Made by a program: the position numbers and the translations under genes
Origin: Minisyncoccota bacterium
GTDB taxonomy: Bacteria; Patescibacteriota; Minisyncoccia; JBAYJV01
Assembly: GCA_041664925.1 (NCBI GenBank)
Contig: JBAYJV010000003.1
Coordinates: forward strand, 21,179-85,178
DNA length: 64,000 bases
Direction of reading: 5' to 3'
The notes under the pieces: generated by a model
What the model saw: the letters and a program-made list of their open reading frames with translations, nothing else
Databases searched by the model: none
Told to the model about the DNA's origin: nothing
Shown here: piece after piece, positions 20,903 through 31,711 of the stretch
Layout: each line of letters starts with the position of its first letter
How positions within the stretch are numbered: the first letter of the stretch is position 1

Positions 20903-21088
20903 TTAGACTTTGCTTTTTTTGGCGATTGTTCGAAGGCAGCGCGTACAAACCTTAATTTGTTCGCCTTCAATTTGAGTTGTTTGAATATTCGCCCTTTTCC
21001 ATTTATTGGCAGTTGGGTTATTTTTTCCTCTAAGCTTCTTTCTGAGCCCACCCATCATCGAGGTTTTGTCGCAAATTTGACATCTCAT
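20903..21088 (-). CDS. rpmB: 50S ribosomal protein L28
   Basis: MRCQICDK...RANIQ...IKVCTRCLRT. Confidence 0.88.
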   Translation of the reverse strand: MRCQICDKTSMMGGLRKKLRGKNNPTANKWKRANIQTTQIEGEQIKVCTRCLRTIAKKSKV

Positions 21089-21179
21089 AGATATATAGAA
21101 TAAACTTATTAGTAAGAGGGTTTGTTTTGTTTACCTCAAGTTTTTCTATTTTAACTAAAAATTTATCAAATATCAATAC

Positions 21180-21800
21180 ATGACAAGTATTTTCATTGTT
21201 TTTCAGCTAATCGTTCTGATTTTTTCAGCGATTATCCATGAAATTTCTCATGGCGCAATGGCAAATCGTCTTGGCGATCCGACCGCAAAATCAATGGGAA
21301 GATTAAGTTTAAATCCCCTGAAACACCTTGAGTTTTTCGGCTCTTTTCTGGTGCCAGTAATGTTGTGGGTGCTCACTAAAGGAAGTTTTGTTTTTGGTTG
21401 GGCAAAACCAGTTCCAATTAATCCTTATAATATTCAAGATCAGAAACGTGGTCTAGCGAAAGTTGCCTTGGCGGGACCAGCATCAAATCTTATTATGGCG
21501 ATAGTTTTTGGCATGATTTTAAGATTTTTGCCTCAAACAAATCCGCAATTGATTCTTTTTGGGACATTCTTAAGCATTATAGTTCAGGTAAATATATTGT
21601 TAGCGGTTTTCAATCTTATTCCGGTTCCGCCGCTTGATGGCTCAAAAATTGTTTTTGCCTTTTTGCCAGCCAAGTATTATCAATGGGAACAGAAAATGGA
21701 GCAAAATAAATTTATTGTTTTGGCGATCGTCTTAATTTTTGCGCCCTATATTCTCTGGCCGGTGATTTCAGGAATTTATAGATTAATTATCGGGGTGTAA
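21180..21800 (+). CDS. Site-2 protease (peptidase M50)
   Basis: HEISH, AGPASN, FNLIPVPPLDG. Confidence 0.93.
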   Translation: MTSIFIVFQLIVLIFSAIIHEISHGAMANRLGDPTAKSMGRLSLNPLKHLEFFGSFLVPVMLWVLTKGSFVFGWAKPVPINPYNIQDQKRGLAKVALAGPASNLIMAIVFGMILRFLPQTNPQLILFGTFLSIIVQVNILLAVFNLIPVPPLDGSKIVFAFLPAKYYQWEQKMEQNKFIVLAIVLIFAPYILWPVISGIYRLIIGV

Positions 21801-22019
21801 AAATTGATTATTATTCCCACCGAAGCTTGATACATAAGGGGTTTGGTGATAGAATGGAAAAAAATTAAAAGTTTAAAGTGCAAAGTGAAAAGTCAAAATT
21901 AAAAGTTCAAAATTAAACTTTAACTACTTATAATTAATATTTGGAAGTCGGACTTCCAAAGGAAGACCGACTTCCTTCAAACATTTTACATTTTTCACTT
22001 TAAATTTTAAACTTGAAAC

Positions 22020-22964
22020 ATGTTGACAATTAAAGAAATTTACAATTTAGCGATAGAGCTTGGCAGAAAGGCAGATTTTCGGTCAAAGACGGAAATTGAC
22101 GCCTTACTTAAACGCGCCAAAGAAAAATATGAAAAACTTTCTCAAAAAGAGAAAGAAGTTTTTGATAAGGAAAATTTAACCAATCCTTATGGTGACAGCA
22201 GAATTCTTTTTGGCGATACTGGAAAAAAGATAAAGAAAATCATGATGGGCATTGATATGAAAGAACCAGAGCTTTTGTTGGCTGATAAACTTGGCGATAT
22301 TGACCTTGTTATTTCTCATCATCCAGCCGGTATCGGGCTTGGCGGACTAGATGAAGTTATGGAACTTCAAGCGGATGTTTTGGAGCAATACGGTGTACCA
22401 ATTAATGTGGCTGAAGGATTAATGAGAAAAAGAATTTCCGAGGTTGCCAGGGGCGTATCGGCGTCAAACCATAATCGTTCTGTTGATTTTGCCAAATTGC
22501 TTGGGATGCCATTTATGTGTCTTCATACAACTTGCGATAATTTGGCAGCTGACTTTTTAAATAAAGAAATTAAGAAAAAGAATCCGCGCTATGTTGGTGA
22601 CTTGCTGGATTTGCTTTTTGATATTCCCGAATATAAAGAAGCAGCGAAAATCAAGGCGGGACCAAGTCTTTTTGCTGGGGCCAAAGAAAATCGCTGCGGT
22701 AAAATTGCGCTGACGGAATTAACTGGAGGTACTGAAGGTTCATCAGAAATTTACGAAAGACTAGCTCATGCGGGAATCGGAACAGTCATTGGCATGCATA
22801 TGTCAGAAAAACATACTGAAGCCGCCAAAAAAGCTCATATCAATGCGGTCATTGCTGGTCATATTTCATCAGATTCAATCGGCATTAATCTTTTCTTGGA
22901 TGTATTGGAAAAAAAGGGAATTGAAGTTGTGCCGGCATCGGGATTGACAAGGGTTAGAAGATAA
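22020..22964 (+). CDS. NIF3-like (NGG1p-interacting factor) metal-binding protein
   Basis: GID, SHHP, LHTTCDN, AGHISSDSIG. Confidence 0.8.
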   Translation: MLTIKEIYNLAIELGRKADFRSKTEIDALLKRAKEKYEKLSQKEKEVFDKENLTNPYGDSRILFGDTGKKIKKIMMGIDMKEPELLLADKLGDIDLVISHHPAGIGLGGLDEVMELQADVLEQYGVPINVAEGLMRKRISEVARGVSASNHNRSVDFAKLLGMPFMCLHTTCDNLAADFLNKEIKKKNPRYVGDLLDLLFDIPEYKEAAKIKAGPSLFAGAKENRCGKIALTELTGGTEGSSEIYERLAHAGIGTVIGMHMSEKHTEAAKKAHINAVIAGHISSDSIGINLFLDVLEKKGIEVVPASGLTRVRR

Positions 22965-23122
22965 ACTTAACTAAATCCGAAATACGAAGTACGAAATACG
23001 AAACAATATCTAATTTTAAAAATTATAAATTCAAAACGGTTTTGGTCATTTGGATTTAAATATTAAAATTTGTTTCGAATTTCGAAATTCGATATTCGAA
23101 TTTTGCTTGTAATTATAAATCT

Positions 23123-24544
23123 ATGACTCGTATTTACATTAAAGATACTCCAAATCATATCGGCAAAGATATTATCCTTTGCGGGTGGGTTAGGACACGC
23201 CGCGATCATGGCAAGATTATTTTTATTGATTTATGGGATGCAACGGGCATAATTCAGTGTGTTTTAGCGCCTGATCAAGAAGAGGGTTATAAAGTCGGTC
23301 AAGGCCTCAGGGGTGAATGGGTGGTTAAATTTGAGGGTGAAGTCAAAAAGCGTCCCGACAAAATGGTCAATGACAAAATCGCAACCGGGGGCGTTGAATT
23401 TCTTGTAAAAAAAGTAGAAGTTTTCTCAGAAGCAGGTGAATTACCACTGGATATTAAAGGCGATGGAACTGATATTAAAGAAGATTTTCGCCTTAAATAT
23501 CGCTATTTGGATTTAAGGCGCGAGAGAATGCAAGAAATTATGAGAATTCGCTCAAGGGCAAAAACTTGGGTGATGAATTATCTTTCTGAAAAAGGTTTTA
23601 CTGAGATAGAAACGCCTCTCATGACAAAATCGACCCCCGAAGGCGCGCGCGACTTCATTATTCCTTCGCGATTACAAGCAGGTAAATTTTATGCTCTTCC
23701 TCAGAGTCCGCAACAATACAAACAGCTTTTGATGGTTGCGGGTATGGAAAAGTATTTTCAATTTGCCCGTGTTTTCCGCGATGAAGATTTGAGAGCGGAT
23801 AGGCTTTTTGAGCATACTCAACTTGATATTGAAATGAGCTTTGCCAGCCAAGAAGATATTTTGGGAATCATTGAACCGATGATTATTGAAATGTCAGAAA
23901 AAGTTTTTGGAAAAACCATTCAAGAAAAACCTTTTCCCAGAATCACTTATCAAGATGCGATGGAAAAATATGGCAATGACAAACCCGATATGAGAAAAGA
24001 TAAAAATAATCCTGATGTTTTGGCATTTTGCTGGGTGATTGATTTTCCCATGTTTGAAGTTTTGGAAGATGGTTCGATTGATGCGGTCCATCACCCCTTT
24101 ACAGCGATGAAAGATGAAGATTTGGCGATTTTCGACAAAATCAATCCAGAAAAAATTACAGAAGCTGACAGAAAAAACTTAATGAAGATTCGCGCTAAGC
24201 AATATGACTTGGCGTTAAACGGCATGGAAGTGATGGGCGGATCAGTCAGAACTCATGATGCGAAAATTTTGAAGAAAGTTTTTCAAATGTTAGGGCATAG
24301 CGCTGAAAATGTTGAGAAACAATTTGGTCATTTACTTGAAGCTTTCAGTTATGGCGTGCCTCCGCATGGCGGGATTGCTGCTGGTTTTGACAGAATGCTT
24401 CAAGCGATTTTAGGACAAAAAAGCATTCGCGAAACCGTTGCTTTTCCCACTTCGACTTCAGGTATAACTTCGGTCATGGACGCACCGTCGGAAGTGGACG
24501 AAAAACAGCTCAAAGAACTAGGAATCAAAGTTGTCAAAAAATAA
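23123..24544 (+). CDS. aspS: Aspartate--tRNA ligase (short form lacking GAD insert)
   Basis: RDHG, YRYLDLRR, TPEGARDF, LPQSPQQYKQ, PPHGGIAAGFDR. Confidence 0.96.
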   Translation: MTRIYIKDTPNHIGKDIILCGWVRTRRDHGKIIFIDLWDATGIIQCVLAPDQEEGYKVGQGLRGEWVVKFEGEVKKRPDKMVNDKIATGGVEFLVKKVEVFSEAGELPLDIKGDGTDIKEDFRLKYRYLDLRRERMQEIMRIRSRAKTWVMNYLSEKGFTEIETPLMTKSTPEGARDFIIPSRLQAGKFYALPQSPQQYKQLLMVAGMEKYFQFARVFRDEDLRADRLFEHTQLDIEMSFASQEDILGIIEPMIIEMSEKVFGKTIQEKPFPRITYQDAMEKYGNDKPDMRKDKNNPDVLAFCWVIDFPMFEVLEDGSIDAVHHPFTAMKDEDLAIFDKINPEKITEADRKNLMKIRAKQYDLALNGMEVMGGSVRTHDAKILKKVFQMLGHSAENVEKQFGHLLEAFSYGVPPHGGIAAGFDRMLQAILGQKSIRETVAFPTSTSGITSVMDAPSEVDEKQLKELGIKVVKK

Positions 24545-24642
24545 TAAATTAAAATATTTGGAAGTCTCACTTCCAAATATTTGTTTAATGAACCTTAAAA
24601 ATATGTTTGAGGTCTCACCTCTAACATATTTCTCATATTGCT

Positions 24643-27183
24643 ATGTTTAGAGAAGGAGAACAATTTTTACATAAAAGAGACAGTCAACTGCACACTTCTG
24701 GTCCGGTGGAGCATGAAAAATATCGCAAAGAAATGGCAGGCGAGGAAACTTCACAAAAACCAGTCGACAAGATCGCTGATTGGCTGAAAGTTATTGAAAA
24801 AACTCATCTGGAACATCGGGATGATCCAAGAGTTTTAGAAAGAATCAAGGAGTATTACCACGATCAGTTTGTCATTAAACCAGAAGATGTTCCTGAGAGT
24901 TATTATGAAAATCAAAAAAGAATAGCTCGAGAACAAGGTCATGGCGATATTGAAATTCCTGAACGGATAAGAGAACAAGGAAGAGAGGTAATTATTAATG
25001 ATCAAAAATCTACTCTGGATAATTGGGTAGATTATTTTATTTCTCATGATTCTGAAAGTTTTCCAATGTGGGCAAAGTATTGGGCATTTAATGGGATGCT
25101 CAAACTCTCAACTTTTGATAAAGAAAAACATGTTTTTGGAAAACGAGATAAAAATACAGTTGCCCCTTTTCCTGATCTTAATCGCGAAGCCCTAGCCTAT
25201 GTGATTGATGCTATTATTAAGAAAGCCAAGAATGAGAACATACCAATAGCGCAAGATAATCCAGAACTTCAGAAGCTTCTTGAAGGAGCCAATTTTGGCA
25301 AGCTATATATCTATGCGATTGAAAAAGTAACTCCCACAGAAACAAATGAACTTTTAAAAACAGAAGGAGAATGGGTTAGATATCCTCAAGAATCTGACCA
25401 TATGCCATTAGTCGAATCTCTCCAGGGCTATGGTACGGGTTGGTGTACAGCTGGAGAAAACACAGCAAAGGCCCAATTAGAAAGCGGTGATTTTTATGTA
25501 TATTATTCCCACGACAAAGAAGGCAACCCAACTATTCCCAGAGCAGCGATCAGGATGGAAGGAGAAAATATTGCCGAAGTCAGAGGCATTGGTCCACAAC
25601 AAAATCTTGATCCATATATTAGCGATGTTGTTGAGAAAAAATTAGTAGAATTTCCTGACGGTCAAGCTTACAAGAAAAAAACAGCTGACATGAAACGGCT
25701 GACAGAAATTGAAAAAAGAAATCTCAAAGGAGAAGAATTAACAAAAGAAGACCTAAGGTTTTTATATCAATTGGACACAAAGATTGAAGGATTTGGCTAT
25801 GGAAAAGATCCAAGGATTGAAGAGATTTTGAAAAAAAGAGATATTAAATCCGATCTTTCTTTAGCAACAGGATATTCAAAAGAGCAAATTAGCACAACAG
25901 GACAGGAGGCTTTTCAAAACAATATTGAAATTCATTACGGCGATATTTTTATTAATGATTTTGATCTTGAAGAATTGAGTTATTCTTTTGATAAACTGAA
26001 ATTTCCAAAAATAGTAACTGGAAGCATTTCATTGTCTAATCTAAACCATTTTGATCGAGTGGAGTTTCCAGAGGAAATCAAGGGTAATCTTGGGCTTGGT
26101 GATATTGTGTTTGTGGAAGGGATAAAACTGCCTAAAATCGTAGGCGGGAATCTTGATCTTGGTAGTATTGAGTCTGCCGTTGGTCTCGAATTACCAGAAG
26201 TAATAGATGGAAACTTATATCTTGGAGGTTTAGAATCTCCAGAAGGATTGAAATTGCCAAAAAAAATAGGCGGCACTCTTTATCTTAGCGGTCTTAAGTC
26301 TGCAGAAGGATTGGAATTGCCAGAAGTAGTAGGTGGTAGTTTGATACTTTATGGTCTTGAGTCTGCCAAAGGCCTAAAATTACCCAAAACAATTGGTGGA
26401 GAATTAGATCTTAATGGTCTAGAGTCTCAAGAAGGACTAGAATTACCAGAAACAGTAAATGGCAATCTTGGACTTAATAGTCTTAAGTCTGTCAAAGGTC
26501 TTAAATTACCAAAAATAGTTAAAGGATATCTTCATCTTAGCAGTCTTGAGTCTACTAATGGTTTAGAATTACCAGAAATACTAGGCGGACTTTCTTTGGG
26601 CGGAATTGATAATGTGAAAGATTTGAAATTACCAAGAACAATGAGCGAAAACCTTAATCTTGTTGGCCTTACATCTGCAGAAGGATTAGAATTTCCAGAA
26701 ACAGTAGGTGGTACTATTTATCTTAATTCTCTTGAGTCTGCTAAGGGGTTAAAATTACCGAAAACAGTAGGCGGAGGGATTCGCCTCAATGCTCTTAAGT
26801 CTGCTGAAGGATTAGAATTACCAGAAATAGTAAACGGTGACCTTGATCTTAGAGGCCTTATTTTTCCTCAGGGATTAAAATTGCCAAGGATAATAAAAGG
26901 AGATCTTTTACTCAATGGTCTTAAGTCTGCAGAAGGATTAGAATTTCCAGAAACAGTAAATGGCGAACTTGATCTTAATGGCCTTGTGTATCCTCAGGGA
27001 TTAAAATTGCCAAGGACGATAAAAGGAAATCTTTCGCTTAATGGTCTTAAATCTGTTGAAGGATTAGAATTTCCAGAAACAGTTGGTTTGACAATTTATC
27101 TCAATGGTCTTCCACGAACTATCAGGTTTGAAGAGATAAGAAGATTAAGAAAACAATACCCTGAATTAGCTTTTCATTATTAA
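24643..27183 (+). CDS. Large protein with C-terminal 22-aa leucine-rich tandem repeats
   Basis: About 17 repeats of LxLxGLxSAEGL(E/K)LPExVxG from about 25990 to 27110; N-terminal GTGWCTAG..AxxQL domain. Confidence 0.8.
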   Translation: MFREGEQFLHKRDSQLHTSGPVEHEKYRKEMAGEETSQKPVDKIADWLKVIEKTHLEHRDDPRVLERIKEYYHDQFVIKPEDVPESYYENQKRIAREQGHGDIEIPERIREQGREVIINDQKSTLDNWVDYFISHDSESFPMWAKYWAFNGMLKLSTFDKEKHVFGKRDKNTVAPFPDLNREALAYVIDAIIKKAKNENIPIAQDNPELQKLLEGANFGKLYIYAIEKVTPTETNELLKTEGEWVRYPQESDHMPLVESLQGYGTGWCTAGENTAKAQLESGDFYVYYSHDKEGNPTIPRAAIRMEGENIAEVRGIGPQQNLDPYISDVVEKKLVEFPDGQAYKKKTADMKRLTEIEKRNLKGEELTKEDLRFLYQLDTKIEGFGYGKDPRIEEILKKRDIKSDLSLATGYSKEQISTTGQEAFQNNIEIHYGDIFINDFDLEELSYSFDKLKFPKIVTGSISLSNLNHFDRVEFPEEIKGNLGLGDIVFVEGIKLPKIVGGNLDLGSIESAVGLELPEVIDGNLYLGGLESPEGLKLPKKIGGTLYLSGLKSAEGLELPEVVGGSLILYGLESAKGLKLPKTIGGELDLNGLESQEGLELPETVNGNLGLNSLKSVKGLKLPKIVKGYLHLSSLESTNGLELPEILGGLSLGGIDNVKDLKLPRTMSENLNLVGLTSAEGLEFPETVGGTIYLNSLESAKGLKLPKTVGGGIRLNALKSAEGLELPEIVNGDLDLRGLIFPQGLKLPRIIKGDLLLNGLKSAEGLEFPETVNGELDLNGLVYPQGLKLPRTIKGNLSLNGLKSVEGLEFPETVGLTIYLNGLPRTIRFEEIRRLRKQYPELAFHY

Positions 27184-27204
27184 ATACATAAAGGCAATAT
27201 ATCT

Positions 27205-27978
27205 ATGCTTAGAGAAGGAGAACAATTTGATCAAACAGAAACGGGCGAGTTTGTTGAACAAAAAGTTGAGGATATAGAACCTGACGCTTTTTCTTTGAGT
27301 CCTGAATCGCGACAAACATTAGAAGATTTAAAATTAAAACTACAAGATTTTCGAGATCGTTTTGTTTCGTCTGATACTCAAAAAATTCCGTTTACCGAAC
27401 CGGGCGGCGAACAAGATATTGCAAGAAAAATGACAGCGCTTCAAAAAGAAAAAATTCCACAAATATTTAAGGAAACGGATTTTGAAAGCTCTCATCTAGC
27501 TATTCATGAAACCCAAAAAGAGAAAAATTCCTGCCAATTAGCTTCTGTGAGTAATATTCTTGGAGCACTTGGCATAGAGGTCTCAGAAAAAGAGATTGCC
27601 GGAGAGATTGGCAAGAGCGGAGAATTTGCGGATATATGGCCAGACCAATTAGTTAAGTATTTAAGAGACAAAGGACTAGATGTAACTAGAATAAACGATA
27701 CCCTAGAAGCGATTGATGTGCTTATAAGGGGCGGGAAAATTGTTTTATTTCTTTTGCCTCCGAAATATCCAGTTGCACACGCTGTCGCCATTTCTGGAGT
27801 AAAAATTAATCATGGGAAAATTGAGTTTTATGTTAATGATCCCCAATACAAAAATTACGCGGAAACTCTTTCTTTGGATGACCTTGTCGATATTATAATT
27901 CCTTATTCTTTTAATAGAATTACTCTCCCTTACGCTGTATTAAAAGGGAGGCATTACCAAAATAAATCTGAAAAATAG
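27205..27978 (+). CDS. Peptidase C39-like cysteine protease domain protein
   Basis: Q..NSCQLAS, AHAVAI, VNDP give a Cys-His-Asp pattern. Confidence 0.65.
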   Translation: MLREGEQFDQTETGEFVEQKVEDIEPDAFSLSPESRQTLEDLKLKLQDFRDRFVSSDTQKIPFTEPGGEQDIARKMTALQKEKIPQIFKETDFESSHLAIHETQKEKNSCQLASVSNILGALGIEVSEKEIAGEIGKSGEFADIWPDQLVKYLRDKGLDVTRINDTLEAIDVLIRGGKIVLFLLPPKYPVAHAVAISGVKINHGKIEFYVNDPQYKNYAETLSLDDLVDIIIPYSFNRITLPYAVLKGRHYQNKSEK

Positions 27979-28037
27979 ACTTAAGCTGATTGATATATTT
28001 TGGAAGTCTCACTTCCAAATATTTGTTTAACATATCC

Positions 28038-29189
28038 ATGCTTATAGAAGGAGAACAATTTAATCAGACAGAAACGGGCGAAATTGTTGAACAAAAAGTT
28101 GAAGATATAAGAGCTGAAGAACATTGTTTTGGAGAAGATGAGGGCGAACTTGTTTTAAATTATTTGAAAGGATACATTGAGAGACACAATACGCCTCCAT
28201 CAGAAAACGATGTCTATGCTTTTCTTTCCGGAAAACCCCTTTCTGGCGAACAAATGGGAAAGGTTTATGAAGAATGGCAGCAACAACCTACTACCACAAA
28301 ATGGGCGGAAGATTTGAAACGATTTTATGACGAAAGAGAAGAAGACGGATTATCAAAAATGACAGGATGGATTCATTTTGATACGGCTTGGACAAAAAGA
28401 GGCGAGCAGGAAAAAAGGGAAGAAACTAAATATCGTTTTTATTTCAATCCGAAAGATGAATATGTCGGTACGGTATTTCAGAATTTAATTACGCTTTTAG
28501 AAGGCGACCCAAATTTGGGATTTGGAATTAAAACACATTCTGTTTTTACGGGCGAGCTTCCGGAAGGAGAAAAAAGATTAGTGCCCGAAGAGGCTTTTAG
28601 GGCAAAGGACAGAATCGTTCTTTATGTTGAAGAAAAATCAGCTAATCAAGTTTTGGGATTATTGCGAGATTATGTAGAAAGTCACAAAGATTGGTTTAAC
28701 GAGGATGCGCTTCCTTTTTCTGCGAAAATTAAAGATAAGACTGGTGTGGAAAAATTACCTGGCATCTCAATGGCTGGAGAGCTTGATCGTGAATCCCAAG
28801 GCCGCAACCCGACCTCTTTTACGGGAATTCAGGCAAGGATTATTCAAAGAGGATTAAAAGAAATGGCGGACTTGATCGAAAATCCGGATGGACATGATCC
28901 TATTAAAGCTGATTATCTAGGAACATTCAGTCAAGATTCAGAAATCCAACAATGGGCTTTGCGAATTCAAGAGGAATATAAAAAAAGAAAAAGCGAACTT
29001 CAAGGAAGGTGGATTGATAAGGAGCGTTTGATTCACGAATGCGTTGTCGACGATCCGCAAAGCGCCAAGATTTTTCCCAAAGTTTTTCGCCATTTTTATG
29101 AAAGATTTGCTACGCTTTATGGCATTGATTTAAAAAATATCGCTTTCTATGATGAAGAAAGGCAAAAATTAATGAAGGACGTGCAATAA
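28038..29189 (+). CDS. Hypothetical protein (possible HopA1-like domain)
   Basis: YRFYFNP...DRIVLYV...PTSF pattern; N-terminus shared with the upstream gene. Confidence 0.55.
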   Translation: MLIEGEQFNQTETGEIVEQKVEDIRAEEHCFGEDEGELVLNYLKGYIERHNTPPSENDVYAFLSGKPLSGEQMGKVYEEWQQQPTTTKWAEDLKRFYDEREEDGLSKMTGWIHFDTAWTKRGEQEKREETKYRFYFNPKDEYVGTVFQNLITLLEGDPNLGFGIKTHSVFTGELPEGEKRLVPEEAFRAKDRIVLYVEEKSANQVLGLLRDYVESHKDWFNEDALPFSAKIKDKTGVEKLPGISMAGELDRESQGRNPTSFTGIQARIIQRGLKEMADLIENPDGHDPIKADYLGTFSQDSEIQQWALRIQEEYKKRKSELQGRWIDKERLIHECVVDDPQSAKIFPKVFRHFYERFATLYGIDLKNIAFYDEERQKLMKDVQ

Positions 29190-29295
29190 ACTCTAAACTT
29201 TAAATAAATTGACATATGTGGGAGGCTGAGCCTCCCACATATGTCTTATTGACAATTGGTTATCTGTGTATTAATGTTGTAGTAAGGAGGGCGAT

Positions 29296-29571
29296 ATGCG
29301 TATTAAAAAGGCTAGCAAGGGATGGCGAGGCAATGTTACTCTTGATACTAGAATAAAACACGATCCTCAAGAAGACGATCCCAAATTGGGACCAATCATT
29401 AAACAAGCTTACGAAGAAGCATGTATTACAGTGTGCGGAGAGAAAAAGCCTCGAAAACTAGAGCTTGGTCAGAATCACGCTATTTGGGGAAAACAAAAAG
29501 AGATCCTGAGAGCACAAGGCATTAGTTGGAAAACTCCAGCGGAAATGACTCCAGGAACAATGATAGATTAA
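29296..29571 (+). CDS. Small hypothetical protein
   Basis: Own promoter, AAGGAGG SD, terminator about 29584-29614. Confidence 0.6.
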   Translation: MRIKKASKGWRGNVTLDTRIKHDPQEDDPKLGPIIKQAYEEACITVCGEKKPRKLELGQNHAIWGKQKEILRAQGISWKTPAEMTPGTMID

Positions 29572-29811
29572 GAATTGTTCTTTGCCCGACACAGAAGAAA
29601 GTGTCGGGTTTTTTGATAGATATTTACTTTTTATTGCAAAACACAATCTTACGAAGTCGGACTTCGTAAAATTGTTATATCTCATTGGCATTCACAAGAA
29701 AATCTAATAAAAAGCTTGCATTTTGGAGTGGAATGTGGTATAATGAATAGTGAAAGAGAGATTAGGAGTTTCTCAGTTCAAAAACACTCAAACAAGAAGG
29801 AGAGGAAGAAG

Positions 29812-30129
29812 ATGGATCACGCGAAAGCCAGCGAAGCGATTCGTTCTTTGGTCCAAGGAAAGCCGGCGCGCTTGCAGCTCATTTTCCGAAAGGGAAAAGA
29901 CTCGATCACGGGCCTGCGACGCCTGATGGTTCGGAAGGGCGAGTGGTTCACCTACGACGACATGACCGAGATGATCATTCTCGCGGTCGTCCAGTCGAAC
30001 GATTGGGACAATGACGAGAACCGAAAGGTCGTCATTGACATCCCGGTCGTCTGCTGGGAGTTCGTCAACTGGTTCTTGCAGAGCAGCGGGATCGTGAAAG
30101 ACCTCGAGAGCATCGCGGTGGTGCACTAG
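29812..30129 (+). CDS. Hypothetical protein MDHAKASE..., copy A
   Basis: Close paralog at 31248-31562; GC-rich codon usage. Confidence 0.75.
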   Translation: MDHAKASEAIRSLVQGKPARLQLIFRKGKDSITGLRRLMVRKGEWFTYDDMTEMIILAVVQSNDWDNDENRKVVIDIPVVCWEFVNWFLQSSGIVKDLESIAVVH

Positions 30130-30369
30130 GCTTGAGTCTTCACGAGTACAAGTACGGTGGGCGGTCAGAGGATCGCCCATCTTTTTTTTATTATGCCTAG
30201 GTCTTGGTGTTGAGGTTAGACCTCAATAGCCACCCTAATAACCAAGTTTTGTTTATTTTGTTATTTTTAGTAAGGAGAAAAGACAAAAAAACACCAAAAA
30301 GCTTGACTTTTTAATTAAATATAGTACAATTTGTGACAGAAGTAGATAAAACCAAAGAGGAGGAAAAAC

Positions 30370-30870
30370 ATGGAAACGCGCAATGTAAGGGTACTGATTT
30401 TTGAGAAGCAAGGATGCGTGAGTGGAGTATTCGAGATCATTCCGTTTGTCTACGATTCTAGCAATACAAGTGATGAAGACCTCAAGGCTTTTGTAAGGAG
30501 ACAGGTAATCGAGACAATTCGTTCACGCGGCAGTGATTTAAGTGAAAAAGGAGAATTGGATAAAGCTCGATTCTTCCGTCCTGCTGCAGTTGAGAAGCAG
30601 AAGATTTACAGACAACTTCCATATAAAGTTGGGGATTCTTATGTTATCATTGATGCGTTTGTTTCTCGCGGTTTCAATTTCAAGCTTGATTGTCCCTGTG
30701 TTTTTGTCGAAGTTTGTCAGTCGCGAATCAATGATAATGATTTTTGGGTGAATATTTATGATGTTGACGATGCACAAGTCCCAATCTGTGTGATTCTCGT
30801 AGAAGAATATGTTTTTATTGGACCAATCTCCGATGTTGGTGACAAAGAGAAAGTTTGCGCGGGAGCGTAA
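30370..30870 (+). CDS. Hypothetical protein (accessory cassette)
   Basis: SD GAGGAGG; family terminator at 30892-30925. Confidence 0.6.
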   Translation: METRNVRVLIFEKQGCVSGVFEIIPFVYDSSNTSDEDLKAFVRRQVIETIRSRGSDLSEKGELDKARFFRPAAVEKQKIYRQLPYKVGDSYVIIDAFVSRGFNFKLDCPCVFVEVCQSRINDNDFWVNIYDVDDAQVPICVILVEEYVFIGPISDVGDKEKVCAGA

Positions 30871-31247
30871 ATCAATCGTTAGTGAAGTTTTGATGGGCGG
30901 TCAGAGGATCGCTCATCTTTTTTTATTACATTAATTTTTAACATGACAATGTGGGAGGCTCAGCCTCCCACATATTTCTTATTTAGATGTAATCCTTCGA
31001 CTTTGCTCAGGATATATCCTTCAATAGATTCAGGACAAGAAATTTTCTATATTTCATCATAATTCAACAAGAAAATCTAATAAAAAGCTTGCATTTTGGA
31101 GTGGAATGTGGTATAATGGTTGTTAAGAAGAGAGTTGTGTATGAGTTAGTCCTTCGACTGCGTCGCGTCAAACGCGACTCCGCTCAGGATGTAAGAGCTT
31201 CTAGATTCGATAGAAGCTCATCAAGAATCTCTAACAGGAGGAAGAAG

Positions 31248-31562
31248 ATGGATCACGCGAAAGCCAGCGAAGTGCTTCGTTCTTTAGCCCAAGGAAAGCC
31301 GGCGCGTTTGCAGCTCGTTTTTCGAAAAGGAAGGGACTCGATCACGGGCCTGCGGCGCCTGATGATGCGGAAGGGCAAGTGGTTCACCTACGACTACATA
31401 ACCGAGATAATCATTCTCGCGGTTCATGAGTCGAACGATTGGGACAATGACGAGAACCGAAATGTCGTCATCAACATCCCAGTCGTCTGCGGGGAGTTCA
31501 TCGAATGGTTCTTGCAGAGCGAGATCGTGAGGGACCTCGAGAGCATCGCAGTGGTGCACTAG
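31248..31562 (+). CDS. Hypothetical protein MDHAKASE..., copy B
   Basis: Paralog of 29812-30129, with near-identical promoter and terminator. Confidence 0.75.
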   Translation: MDHAKASEVLRSLAQGKPARLQLVFRKGRDSITGLRRLMMRKGKWFTYDYITEIIILAVHESNDWDNDENRNVVINIPVVCGEFIEWFLQSEIVRDLESIAVVH

Positions 31563-31711
31563 GCTCGAGTCTTTACGAGTACAAGTACGGTGGGCGGTCA
31601 GAGGATCGCTCATCTTTTTTTAAAAATATTAAAATTACCTAAAACTCTTGATTTTTGTAGCGATGTGTGGTATAATGAGTAGTAGGAATTTGGGACTAAG
31701 AAGGAGGAAAG

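Noticed and set aside
25990-27110. DGR template/variable repeats or a DNA array
   Set aside because: 66-nt periodicity is explained by in-frame 22-aa protein repeats; no reverse transcriptase in the window
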